Source of the DNA: Schmidtea nova
Lineage: Eukaryota
Reading direction: 5' to 3'
Length of the DNA: 64,000 nt
Assembly: GCA_044892505.1 (NCBI GenBank)
Contig: CM097882.1
Location: 503,998,001 to 504,062,000, forward strand
The notes under the pieces were generated by a model that was given only the letters and a program-made list of their open reading frames with translations, searched no databases and was not told where the DNA came from. A program made the position numbers and the translations under genes. Shown here piece by piece: positions 25,865 to 38,432 of the stretch (the stretch's first letter is position 1; every line of letters starts with the position of its first letter).

Positions 25865-26398
25865 ATGGACACAACGACAAACGACATAAATTCGAATGAG
25901 ACTCGGTTATTACGCAAGCGCATAAGAGTGCTAGAAAGTCATTTAACACGGCAGGAATCTGAATTGAGTCAGCTAAAAACGACCTGGTTCCACCCCGAGC
26001 GGGTCAAAGAGATCCAACAGCATAGATACCGGGCGGAGAGAGCGTTGGAGGATCAAGCCCGTGAAACTGCCGCGGTCAAATTGGAGCTCAATAATTACCT
26101 GCCAGCATCCACGAAAGATTTCATCGAACAACAACTAAAACCGTTAATCAGCACCAGTACATTCAACCGTTGGGCAGAGTCGATCAATGTATCCAGTGGA
26201 ACCCAAACGGAAACAAGCCTCACCCCTATATTAGAAAGCTCAAAGGAGATTTCCAAGCCGGAAGGATCGATGCGTACGAAGCGAAGGAATCGCTTAGGCA
26301 CAAAGAGACGTCGCGAGAGGAGGGCCTACGCCGAACGAATAGGAATCGAGGTGGATTTCTTAAGCGGGCAAAAAAAAGCAATTGTTAGAGGTCATTAA
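25865..26398 (+). CDS. Orphan ORF-B (177 aa): N-terminal coiled coil, TWFxP motif, Arg-rich C-terminus
   Basis: Uninterrupted ORF with two homologs in the window; ATG directly follows an AG acceptor (ttctag|ATG; U1 ccctttt gtag|ATG). Confidence 0.8.
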   Translation: MDTTTNDINSNETRLLRKRIRVLESHLTRQESELSQLKTTWFHPERVKEIQQHRYRAERALEDQARETAAVKLELNNYLPASTKDFIEQQLKPLISTSTFNRWAESINVSSGTQTETSLTPILESSKEISKPEGSMRTKRRNRLGTKRRRERRAYAERIGIEVDFLSGQKKAIVRGH

Positions 26399-27908
26399 CA
26401 CGGATGTTAATAGGGACACATCATGGGTAACAGCGGGGGAAGCGTGTTTATGTTGGTGAGATTAGCCTGAAAATTAACATCAAATAAAATCTCAGTTAAA
26501 AATCATACCAACAAACCAGCAATTGGACTAAAATCAAAATTCAAAAATTAACACAATAACCATAGATATATAATATTTAAAACAAATCACAGAGAGCCTC
26601 TTTCTATACTTTTACGTTGTGTTCATTACAAACAACAATCTAATGATAACAAACTCGAGTTGCTCACTTCTGAGATAGAAAATGTAAATGTTATTAACAA
26701 TAAAGATGTCTGGAAAGTGGTTTTGGCTCGGATCAAAAATACCAACTTATACCAACATTAGACAACTAATCAACTTGTAGTAAATGACTGGAGCTTTTAA
26801 ATACACTATTTCACATTTATAAATTATACCTACTACATGGTTACACAATATACACATGTAAGTAGTTCAATAAAACTATTTAATTGATCATTATCGGTAA
26901 TCCAAGAAAGTTTTCCATATTACCATTTCCACTTGCATAAGCTATTTCAATTTTTAAAACTCGCGGTAATATATAATATTGTAAAAGCTTTATTATTAAA
27001 AGTTGTATAGGAAATATTTTTATTTCAAATCATTATGTACAATTGAAACCGATTTAAATTATTTGACTTTAATATCCAATTACGAAATAGTAACCGGTGA
27101 CATGAGATAGTTTCTACCTAAGACTAACAGTAATAAAAATACTACATCGAAATGTTGCTATAGTGATTTAATACTTATCAAAATAATAGTGTCTAAATAT
27201 TATCTAATAACGTAAATTAAAATGTGTTTTTATAAATTACTTCAAATATATTTAGTTGTGGCTGTTGTTTTAAAAATCCAGAAAAAGGAAGTTTTAGTAT
27301 AAAAAATATTCGGATCGGGCCCGACGCCACGAGGGGCATTTGGAAGGAATGCCCCCCCCCAATCGAGATGTCTTAAAAAAATTTAGGTGCCTTTTTTTCT
27401 ACTACGATGGCAAACACTGCTGTTTGCAATAAATTTTCTGTTTTCTAAATAAAGTGTGCATTGATTGCTCACACATCTCAGGCTACAGCATTGACCACTC
27501 ACCGCACCTATTGTAATACAACCTTTCTTATTTATGCATGTACTCTCATAACACTATAGCCCTTCTCATACACGCGCAGACTTATAATGTCACTTTGAAA
27601 ACAATCAGCGATCGACTTATGTATTGTCTATGCAAGTGTCTACCGTTTTACTACAGTGTGACAGCTGGCATTCATTGTAAAGCATTATGATCTATAAGAG
27701 TAAGTGTTGCAACTTTGTATATTATAAAAAGTTAACGTGTTGCTTTGGATAAATCAGATGTCAAAGCAACAAAAACATTGCTGGATTAGTGTTCTTGTTC
27801 TGTTCGTGTTGGGAGCACGCCTTCAGTTGCTTCTCCTGGTCTAACTTCTCATGCTCAAGCAGATCAAGCATGCCAACAGGGTGATATTGCAAATATGTGA
27901 GCTTTATC

Positions 27909-30750
27909 TAGAGTTTGCACGGTTCGGTTAACCGGAAACCGAAACCGCGGTTTTCGTCTCAAAAAACCGTAACCGGAAACCGTCTGCAGAAACCGCGGTT
28001 TTCGGTTTTCAAAAAATATTTCATTTAAAGCTACGTAAAATAAAAAAATTCTCTCAAAATATTAATTTTGCCTGATTGTATGCAATTTTTCATACTTTAT
28101 AGTAAGTCGGAATCCATGCCCACCAGTCAGAATCCATGCCCACTATAAAATTATAGCTGTCAAATAAATTTGTAAAAACTTTAAAATTGATTCCAAATTA
28201 AAATTTATAATTCATTAATTTACTTTCTTGGATTGTATAATTGGATTGTATAATTATATATTGTTTTAAAACTATAGGTGAGTAGGTAATTAAAATTTTG
28301 AATATGTACTTATAGAATTCTTTTAAGATAATACGTAGATTTGTATTACTAAACAAATTTTTGAAACACTTTCAGTGGCCAAATAAACCCTCAAATGATG
28401 TCATCAACGGTTTATATATATTTTATAAAAATACCAGCATCAAACAAATCCGACAATAAAGCAAAATGTAATAAATGTGGAGTAGAAATAACTAATTCGA
28501 ACGGATCGACTTCTGCTATGATAAACCACATGCGAAATATCCACAAAATTTCTTGCAAAAGAACAGCTGTTGCGAGCACAAGTGCGTTAATACAAAAAAC
28601 AATTTTCAATTATGTTCCAAAGCTAACACTTGGTGAGATTGTGGACGAGTTGGCCACAAAAGATGGTTTTACTATTCGTGGAATAACAAATTCTAATTTT
28701 ATTCGAAAGGCTGTTAGTGATAAGGGGTTTCAATTACCAAAAAGCGAAAATGGGACAATGGCGCTTATTCATTTTGAATATGAGAAAAAGAAAAAAATGT
28801 ATATAAACTTTTTTGACCAAGAAAAACAAAAGGGAGAGAAATTTAGTATCACTTTGGACGAATGGGTTAGCTCACGACAGCGTCGTTATATGAACATCAA
28901 TGCCCATAATAAAGAAGGAAAAGTAATGAATCTTGGATTAGTCAGGATTTTTGGATCTTGTAACGCAGCCAAGATTCTATCAACTGTGTCTGACCATTTA
29001 AAAATGTTTCATCTTTCGTTTGAGCAAGACATTGTTGCAACGTCCAATGACGGGGCTAGTGTCATGGTGAAATATGCAAGAGAATGTCCAGCAGAAGTCC
29101 AATTATGCTTGAATCATGGTCTTCACCTTGCAGTGTGCGACACATTTTATTCCAAAATTGACGATAATCAAAATAGTGAAGAAAATCAAGAATCCTATAC
29201 TGAGGACGATGATAATACTGAAGACGAATTTAGTAGCGATAGTTGTGATTTTAATTTGAGCGAAGATAATACCATTGAAGAAGTTAGAGAGAGAATTTCA
29301 ATAGCTGAAACTCTAAAAAAAGTACGAGCTATCGTTCGCTTTTTTAAATTTTCCTCAGTCCGTAATGATCTTTTGCAAAAAAACGTTATGGATAAGCTAG
29401 GTCATGAACTTTATTTAGAATTAGATGTTCAACACAGATGGAACTCTATCCATCCCATGCTAGAAAAATTTCTAAAAATTAGCGAATCGATAAGGGAAGT
29501 GTTAAATGATTTAAACGCCACAAATTTAATTTCATTGAGACTTTGATGTAGTTAAGCTGTTGTGTAGTATATTGAAGCCACTAGAACTAACTGTACTTGC
29601 ATTAGGAAGAAAAGATGCTAATCTAACAACAGCAAAAGGTGCAATTATATTTCTGTTAAAGAAGCTCGATGGTATCGAATCGAATTGTTCGGGAGATACA
29701 TACATAATTATAACCCAATTACGAGAAAATATAAAAACACGCTTAAATTCAAGACAGAATCGGGAATTGAGTTCTTTGTTGTCATGCCTTCTTCAACAAG
29801 TTGTACCCACAAAAGAAAATTTAAGTTTTGGCACTCGTTTATTGAATAGGTTGTATCCAAACCAAATCGATAATTGTGAAGAATTTCTGTGTGAAACCAA
29901 TTCTCCAACTGATCAGAATATTACATTTACATCTTTATCAGATGAAATAAATGCTGCTATTAATTCTGCTGCAAAAGAAGTAGCTGCAAAGCCATTTAGT
30001 TCTCTTAAAGATGAATTTGCTATATATAAGAAAACAGGCAAAAGAACAACAGTTCTTCAACAACTATACGATGCTATTTTAACAGTACGCCCAACGTCTA
30101 CAGAATCGGAGCGGGTATTTTCCACGTCTTCGAACTTTAGTAGAAAATTAAGATCACGCCTTAGTGATTATTCGCTTAATTCTTTAGTATTTTTGAAACA
30201 TTATCGAATAAATAATAGTTCTTAATTAACTAAATAACAAAAATCTGCAATAATGCAATATAATTTTGGTTATTGTATTCCAATAACAGCTAAATGAAAT
30301 TTTCTATTTAATTTATTTTAATTTTTATTTATATTAGTTGTACAAATGTACGATTACATACAGATACTAATATTACTGAATTATAGTAAATGTATAAACA
30401 AAATACTATTAATTATCTGTGTTATTTTATATTCTCTGTGAACAATGTAAGTGAATTAGAAATTCATATCTGCATTGTCGACAGAATAGGAATATTGTTA
30501 TATTATTTATTAAACAACATTATTACTATTTTATATGTTGCAGCTATGATTTTATTATATATATTTCTTGTATGAAATACATTATACTTTTAAATAGAAA
30601 TATATTATTGAAAAAGCAATAAATATACTTATGCCTTTTTATTTCCTTTTACTTTTTTAGAAACCGAAAACCGAACCGAAAACCGCGGTTTCTCAAATTT
30701 GAAAAACCGAAAACCGCGGTTTGCAAAAACCGGTTTTTTTGCAAACTCTA
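27909..30750 (+). mobile_element. hAT transposon with BED finger, full length
   Basis: TIR tagagtttgca / tgcaaactcta; perfect TSD gctttatc (27901-27908, 30751-30758); aaaccg subterminal repeats. Confidence 0.96.
28395..30225 (+). pseudogene. BED-hAT transposase with a single frameshift near 29540
   Basis: BED finger CNKC...STSAMINHMRNIH; SITLDEW; TSNDGASVM; CLNHGLHL; QHRWNS; PTSTESERVFS. ORFs 28395-29546 and 29560-30225 are in different frames. Confidence 0.93.
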
Positions 30751-31892
30751 GCTTTATCGCCTTTATGCCTTTTTCGTAGGTTCCACATCTTTATCAAAAA
30801 TTCCTCAGAAAGACCTTGGCGATGACAAACCAATGCAACCTCTTAAACGAAATTACCCAGTGACCAAAATACAAGGAGTGAATTGTTCGTTTCAATCAAA
30901 GTGGTATTCTAGACATCCTTGGTTGAAGTATTCGAGCCAATCAGATGAGTGGTTTTGTTTTGCTTGCCGGAAATTCGCACATTGTTCTGATGAAAATGTA
31001 GACACTTTTACTGTAACTGGTTACTCTAATTGGAAAAGTTCTACATGTCAAAAAAAGGGCTTAAGTAAACACGAGAGTTTAAAAGTTTATTTAAATGCGA
31101 TGAAATGTTGGCAAGAAAAGCAGATGAGAGAAAAGCAAGGCAAAACAATAAGGGAACAATTGGGACCTATCCAAATTGAGGGAAACAGATATTATTTTGG
31201 TACGCTTGTTAAAATTGCAAAATGGATAGCTGTTAATGAGCTGGATTCGCGTGGAAATGTTGAAGCGTTGGGACATGTAAAAAGTGGGAAATTTCTTCAA
31301 ATGTGTGAATACACGCTTGATATTGATCCCAAATTGAATGAGATTTCTCAAACGATACCTGATAATGCTAAGTATACTTCACATGAAATGCAGGATTTGA
31401 TATTTCGTATTTTGGCAAGAAAAGTAGNNNNNNNNNNNNNNNNNNNNNNNNNNNNNNNNNNNNNNNNNNNNNNNNNNNNNNNNNNNNNNNNNNNNNNNNN
31501 NNNNNNNNNNNNNNNNNNNNNNNNNNNNNNNNNNNNNNNNNNNNNNNNNNNNNNNNNNNNNNNNNNNNNNNNNNNNNNNNNNNNNNNNNNNNNNNNNNNN
31601 NNNNNNNNNNNNNNNNNNNNNNNNNNNNNNNNNNNNNNNNNNNNNNNNNNNNNNNNNNNNNNNNNNNNNNNNNNNNNNNNNNNNNNNNNNNNNNNNNNNN
31701 NNNNNNNNNNNNNNNNNNNNNNNNNNNNNNNNNNNNNNNNNNNNNNNNNNNNNNNNNNNNNNNNNNNNNNNNNNNNNNNNNNNNNNNNNNNNNNNNNNNN
31801 NNNNNNNNNNNNNNNNNNNNNNNNNNNNNNNNNNNNNNNNNNNNNNNNNNNNNNNNNNNNNNNNNNNNNNNNGTTTAGCGTACAACATGTGT

Positions 31893-32011
31893 TTTTTAAT
31901 TGACTGCGCTTTTATGTCGGCGCTCTTATGTCGGCGCTTTTTTGACTGCGCTCTTTTGTCTGCGCTCTTTTATCGGCGCTCATTTGTCGTGCGCTCTTTT
32001 GTCGGGGTGCC
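31893..32011. repeat. Right TIR of a MULE-like element, the rest lost in the gap
   Basis: Tandem ttttgtcggcgc-like subrepeats ending gtcggggtgcc, the same style as the other MULE TIRs here. Confidence 0.6.
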
Positions 32012-33768
32012 CAATTATATATATTATATTAAGTTACAAAATTTAAATGCGAACAAAAAGGAAAAATCGCAAATTTAAGAAAACTAATATGATTCGATTT
32101 TCCAAACAACTTTATAAATCAAAGAATTACATTATCAGTTTATAAAAGCAAATCAAACAAAAAGGTACTATTACTATATTCGAAACACAAATTTTTAAAA
32201 TTATAAAGTAATACTAAACGGGTCCTTAAGACAATCAAAGTTTACAATAAGACAAAATTTATAATGAATTTGATTAATGAAAAAGTTATATATTTAATCA
32301 AAATAAAAATTGGAAAAATCCAATGTCGAAAATTCGTGTTTCAATGAAATAATTTTGATATATTCTCTTAAAAAATGAAAATACCTTAAATTTAAGTGGA
32401 AAAGATCAAATATAACCTAAGTTAAAAATGTTTATGTTAAATAAAATAATTATTATTAATAATTTTAATTTTAATCACATGGTGATTGTGTATATGAAAT
32501 GGTTTAAAAAATTGTTTTCATTATCTTATAAAGACGAATGAATGTACAAGTTAATGATTTTCTACTAAGCACAAAAAGAATGATTTAAAATATTGATTGA
32601 AACAGGAGTAATCATTAAGCAATAAATATATCATTGTGTAATTTAGGTTATATTCAAGTTTGGCAACTATATGCCATGAGGGGCTCAATTTTCAATTAAT
32701 TAAGATATTTTACGTTAAGAATATTTAAAAAATTAATTAATTTTTAATTGGGAGGGGGCTGAAAGCTAGTAGTACCAATTTTGGTTTCGTTTAAATTTGT
32801 ATGGATATATTTTAATTTCTAACTATTTTGAATCATAATTTAAAAATTATGTTTTATAAAAAAAACTATTGATTTCAAGACAACTTGTGTACATTATTGT
32901 ACAAAACCAATGACATTAGTTAATGATAAAACAAATTTATAGATATTAGTGTCGCTGCTAGCCGAATAATAAACGCTGAATGAAGCGTCAAAAAGATTTG
33001 GCAGCTTTTAAACGTACAAGAAAACTGTTTGAAAAGATCCTATTCTTAATTTATGTTTTGTCATTTTAATCTCCAGTGAGTGTTGTGGCAAAAAATTAAA
33101 AATCACCCTTAAACAGTAATTCAAGGTGATGTTTATAAATAATTAATTAAAAATCCAGCCCCTTTGCTATAAGTATAATATAATTAAAACTAAATGATAT
33201 TTAGTTATTTATCGGGTAAAATTACCATTGAAATTAGAATAACTATGAAATACAATAAAAAACACTTAGTATATGGTTAGCATATTTAAATGTGTCCATT
33301 TTACATAATTCGTTACTCAAATTTCTAACAAAAAATCAGAATATTAAAAATTTAATTATGATTCATTAAATAACATATAAAACAAGAATAAGCAAATTTA
33401 CTTTATTATTTTTAAGCCAAACTATATCAATATTTACGACATTTTTCATTAATATAAACATATCTTTTAGAAAATGAATATTTCTGTATTGCATTTAAAC
33501 ATTTCTGACATTTCAATTGAAATTTAGATTTAATGTATAAAAATTTTGTATAATTATCCAGTGTCCTGTAAATATTTTTTAAAATAATTGAATTTCAATA
33601 ATAAATAAAAATTTAAATTCATTTTTAACCTCATAAAATTTCAATTGGCCTCATTTATTAATAGATTTGAAAAAAAACTGAAATCTCCAATTGTTTCTAA
33701 TAGTTACTATGACATTTAAATGTGCTTAATTACCAATGGTTGTAAAATGAAATTAATTAAATAGGCCT

Positions 33769-36700
33769 AGTTAAATCAAACTCGGTTTTAAAAGACTGAA
33801 CTTCCTTCATAGATTTATTTCAATTAAAATTTTATAAAAAGTGCCAAAATACTCAATTAATAAAACACCAGTTAATTTAAATATCCAACTCTCCACTTCT
33901 TAAGAACTTTTCCACTTCTTCAGCCACTCGATTCTTCTTTCTTTCGTTCCTTCTTGCAAATGTAGTTGGACTTGATGAGGTGATAGAAATCTGATGATTT
34001 TATATTTGGCCATCGTACTGCATACCATCCTTGTGCCTGTTCTGCGATTCTTTGCGTACGAGTACCTCCTCCCCTACCTCAAAAACACGAGTTCCTCTCT
34101 TTGTCTTATCCATAGCTCTCATAGTGTCTGCGGCTTTACTCGAGTTATATCTTGCGTCTTCTATCCATTCGCTTCTTGATATCTCTGCTTGTTTCAGGTT
34201 TGAATGTAGGTTAACACTCCGTCCATAAATTATCTCAAATGGTGATAAGCCTGTAGCACTCTGTCGACTGCTATTTATACTGAACTCTATTCTAGGTAGA
34301 AGTTCATGCCAGTTTCTCTCTTCACACCCACCTGCCAATGTCACTGTAATAAGATCTCTTACTGTTCGTATGGCTCGTTCGGCTAATCCATTTGATTGGT
34401 GCTGGTAAGGTGAGCTGAATTCCTGTCTGATTCCAAGTTTCTGTAGTCTCTGTCTTAGAAAATTCCCTTCGAAATTGCGTCCTCTATCTGTTAAAATGCT
34501 CTTTGGTTTTCCGAATCGATAGATCCAACTGTTAAGTATAGTTTTGAAAATTGTCCCTTCGTCTTGCTTCGTGATTGCGGTCAAAGATATCAATTTACTA
34601 AACCGGTCCACAATTACTAACATATATTTTTTAATGGTGTTTTTTTCCATGTAGGCCACATCTATTACAATCTGTTCTAGGAATTCAGAATTACATCTAG
34701 GGATAAATATTTCCTTGGTTCTTGTCTGATCGATCTTTCTCTTAGAACAGATATCGCAACATTGTAAACAGAGCTGAATTGTTTCTTGCATCTTCGGCCA
34801 GTAAAAAATCTTTTCCTTATAATGGAATAATTTCTTAACTCCAATATGACATAATCCTTCATGTAGAGTTGTTGTTAATAAGCCTGCAAAGGTTTCTGGA
34901 ACTAACATTAAAATATTTTCGTTCTTTTCGACTGTTATTAATCCTCCATCAATTCTTGTATTTTTTACGTTAAATGGGAAACAATTCTTTTTGTCCCATG
35001 CGCATCCATTTTCTAATATCTCTCGTAACTCTCGAAACCTAATGTCCTTCTGCTGTTGCTCCAATACTTTTTCCATAGCTTCTGTTCTTTGAATAGTATA
35101 TATATATCGGATTTTTGACTTTCCTTCCTTGGCATCTTCATGTCGTGTTTGACACTGGGAACAAATCATACTTTTTAATCTTGATAGCCCATCTGCATTC
35201 GAATGTTCTTCACCTTTCCGATATTTTAGCTCAAAATCATATTCAGACAAGTTTGCTAACCATGTTTGAAACTGCGGACTGATTGTTGTTTTTGTAGTGT
35301 TCATGAAAATCAATGCCTTTGTGGTCATTGCGAATTATGAATTTTTTTCCGTAAAGATATTCTCTAAAAAGTATGACATACTCATGTACAGCGAGCAGTT
35401 CTTTCCTGGCTACACAGTAACCCTTTTCATGTTATATCATATGTTTCGAACCATAGGCTATAACAGATTCTTCTCCATCTTCTTTAATTTTGCGCAAAAC
35501 TGCACCAATAGCTCCAAAGCTAGCGTCTATGTCTAAGATAAATGTCCTATCTTCTCTTGGATAATCAAGAATAGGTGCCTCGCACAAACGTTCCTTCAGT
35601 GTTTGGAAACTCTCATTGCATTCTTTAGTCTAAATTATATCTTTATCGCATCCAGATGTTGCGGCATATAGTGATTCTGCGATTCTGGCATAGTCTTTAA
35701 TGAATCTTCTATAGTAGTTCGTTAATCCGAGAAACGATCTTAATTGCTTTGGACATTTTGGTATTTCTGCTTTCTCGATTTCTTCAACTTTCTTTCTGTT
35801 TGCCTGGATACCCTTCCCATTAACTGTGTGCCCAAGGAAACACAATTCTGTTTTATTGAATTCGCTTTTTTCCGGATTTATCTTTAGTCCAGCCATTTGA
35901 ATTCTTCTAAATATTTGCCCTTGTAGCTCATCGTGGTCTTATTGACTTTTCCCATAAATCAAAATATAATCTAGATAAACAACTACTCCTTTGAATAGCA
36001 TTTCTTCTAGTACTTTGTGCATCGGTCTTTGGAATGTCGCAGGTGCTGTTACTAAGCCAAAAGGTAGTCTATTAAAGTTAAATTGTCCTTCTCTTGTACT
36101 GAATGCAGTCATTTCTTGAATTTATGGGGCCAACTATACTTGATAGTACGCCTGGCATTAATCAATTGATGAAAATATTTTTGCATTCGAGAGACAGTTT
36201 AGTAAGAATTTGGTATTAGACATCGGAAATGATTCCTCTTCTGTTATGAAATTCAATTCACGATAGTCTCCGCCCATCCTGATGGACCCATCTTTCTTCC
36301 CTATTATCACTCTTGCATCATCGAATAACATTTGCTTTCATTAACGCTTTTATCAATTCTTCAATATTTTTCTCCATTTGCATTGATTGACGTTGAGGAT
36401 GTTGCAATATTGGTCCTCCTGTTATCCGCATCTCATGTCGAACTAAATTTGTAATTCCCAAATCAAATTTCGACGCCATAAAGATTCCGCCATATTTCCT
36501 GATCATTCCTTCAATGTCTTTATTATTCTCACTTGCCATCGCCATCAGTGCTTTATTTATTCTTTCTTCATCAGTGTAGATTTTGCTTATGTATGAGGTT
36601 TCTATATTATTAATCTTCACTAACTTAACTCCAAACTCTTTCATTGTATCAATACCCCCTATGAATTCGGGCTTGATCTCTTTTACAACCACTACTTTGA

Positions 36701-38375
36701 TAATTTTGGTCTTCTGATTCCATGTGGCCGATATATTCATATATTCCATTGCTTCTTCACCTCCAGTTGAAAATACGCCGCATAATAATATAGTACTACG
36801 TCGAAGGTCTGTTTGCCTATACTCTCCCACAAAATCTTGCTCATGACTGTTACTGACGCTCCAGAGTCTCATAACATATCTACGACTGTATTATTTAGCA
36901 TTATTTTACTCCGACTTCTTCCATCCTTCGTCTGATACATCTCTTCTTCTGGCTTATCTCTTCTTCGTTCATTTCTGCTTTCACAATTTAATGTCTTGAC
37001 TCCACCGACGAAATGAAATTCACGGAGTCGCTGACGTTTTTCCGTCTTCTATCAATGTAGTATATTTCTCAGGAACATTATAACTATCTTCCGTATCGTT
37101 GTAGCCATTTTGAAATCCTGGCTGTTTTCGGTGTAATCTCGTTTTTTCAGATTTGAAATCTTCTTCTTTTATGCACGGTATTCTTTGATATCGGCGGGGA
37201 ACCTCTTTTTGTAAAGAAAAACAATCTTGGAACCCGTGACCCTCCTTACCACATATCAGACATTTATTTACCAGTGGACACTCATATCCTCTGTGTCCTC
37301 TTTCGCCACAGCAAAAACAGTCACCTACTGTTAATTTTGGAGCCGGTGATTGTGGAAGTCCTCTGCTTTCGTTATAGAGCCTTCTTGCTATATTCTTCAT
37401 GGAAATTGTTGACAATTTCCTTTCTGAGCCATCGTGGATTCTCACGTTTCGCAAAAATTTTTCTCTTGGGAATTGTTCTCGCCGACCGCGGTTATTTTCT
37501 TCGTATTGTATTGATTCGCGTATATGATGTTCGTCTCTTCTTGGTCTGTATTGACTAAATGGCTCTTCTAATAGTCTTCTTTGTGATGGCGTGAGTCTGA
37601 AATCTTGAGTATTCTTTTGTATTCTCATCTGACCTCCCTCAATCACGCTAGCATATCTTTTACCAATTGCTTTAATAAATTCAGCTTTATTGCTTCCATT
37701 TTGTTACTTTCAGAAATCTTCGCCAATGATCTCGTTTCTTCAATTTTTGTTTCTGGTTTCGTCAATAATATCTCCCTCAGTCTCGCATCGCATTCTTTAT
37801 TTGCGATGAGATCTTGAACAATATCTTCTTCTGATCGTTCTGAATTTAGAACTTCAGCCAAAGGTTTCCTTAATCGTATCTCGAAAGCTGCAAAAAACTC
37901 ATCATCTTCCAGTTCCAGAACTGATTTTGTCAGTTATTGATTTTGTAATTGTGAACGTATTTAAGAACCCCGTTTTGGATTTCACATCTGTTGTTTCTGT
38001 TTCTCTGACGTTTCCCCACAATGTCTTAGCGTTTGCCACTAATAACACATCGAAGGTGCTTGTCAATCGCTGTCCATTTGTCAACAGCCATTCTTCTATG
38101 TCCTTAATCAATTCTTCTGCTTCTTTTGATTTTCGTCCATCATATCGTCTAATATTCAGTCTGAGCATATCTTGGCATGATTTTGGTAGGCATTTCATTA
38201 AAGTCTTTGTTGATTTTGAAACTGCATTGACATTCTGATTTTCTGCGTGGTTGCTAGTTAAATCAAACTCGGTTTTAAAAGACTTCAATTCTGTCATAAA
38301 TTTATTTAATAAAAATTTTATAAAAAGTGTCAAATAATCAATTATTTAAACACAAATTAATTTAAATATCCAACT
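33769..38375 (-). mobile_element. Gypsy/Ty3 LTR retrotransposon 1, degenerate
   Basis: About 120-bp direct repeats 33769-33890 and 38256-38375 (AGT...ACT ends); gag with two CCHC knuckles; protease DSGAS; RT; RNase H; integrase HxxxCH...CxxC, IDVAY, IVDRFSK, TDRGRNF, NGLAER; no TSD seen. Confidence 0.93.
34000..35328 (-). CDS. Open RNase H C-terminus + integrase segment of Gypsy 1
   Basis: 442-aa open frame with zinc-binding and DDE motifs. Confidence 0.9.
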   Translation of the reverse strand: MTTKALIFMNTTKTTISPQFQTWLANLSEYDFELKYRKGEEHSNADGLSRLKSMICSQCQTRHEDAKEGKSKIRYIYTIQRTEAMEKVLEQQQKDIRFRELREILENGCAWDKKNCFPFNVKNTRIDGGLITVEKNENILMLVPETFAGLLTTTLHEGLCHIGVKKLFHYKEKIFYWPKMQETIQLCLQCCDICSKRKIDQTRTKEIFIPRCNSEFLEQIVIDVAYMEKNTIKKYMLVIVDRFSKLISLTAITKQDEGTIFKTILNSWIYRFGKPKSILTDRGRNFEGNFLRQRLQKLGIRQEFSSPYQHQSNGLAERAIRTVRDLITVTLAGGCEERNWHELLPRIEFSINSSRQSATGLSPFEIIYGRSVNLHSNLKQAEISRSEWIEDARYNSSKAADTMRAMDKTKRGTRVFEVGEEVLVRKESQNRHKDGMQYDGQI

Positions 38376-38432
38376 ATTACTATATGTCAATTTGTTATAC
38401 ACTAAAAAGGGTCCACGAATATTTTAACCCAT

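Larger units (their letters stand above)
23960..26520 (+). other. Unassigned two-ORF repeat unit U2
   Basis: Colinear with U1 from gttaacaat / tgacaacgagtaggcgga to accaacaaaccagca. Confidence 0.85.
27316..31427 (+). mobile_element. hAT element of Tip100/ZMYM1-like type, interrupted by another hAT and cut by an N-gap
   Basis: Left end cgggcccgacgccacgaggggc; transposase SFQSKWYSRHPWLKYS..DEWFCFACRKF...GYSNWK...KHE, RGNVE, KYTSHEMQD (30833-31427). Confidence 0.8.

Noticed and set aside
25865-26398. Resemblance of ORF-B to hepatitis delta antigen (coiled coil then Trp; RRERR)
   Set aside because: Only compositional similarity by eye; no HDV ribozyme core (P1.1, P4, catalytic C) or rod-like genome found. 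It would need an HHpred/Foldseek hit.
26590-26760. About 58-codon open frame after a cag acceptor (EPLSILLRCVHY...VWKVVLARIK)
   Set aside because: No recognisable homology or partner exons; could be chance.
31893-32011. Possible partner TIR for the MULE starting at 10273
   Set aside because: Subrepeat style is similar but the sequences are not complementary.
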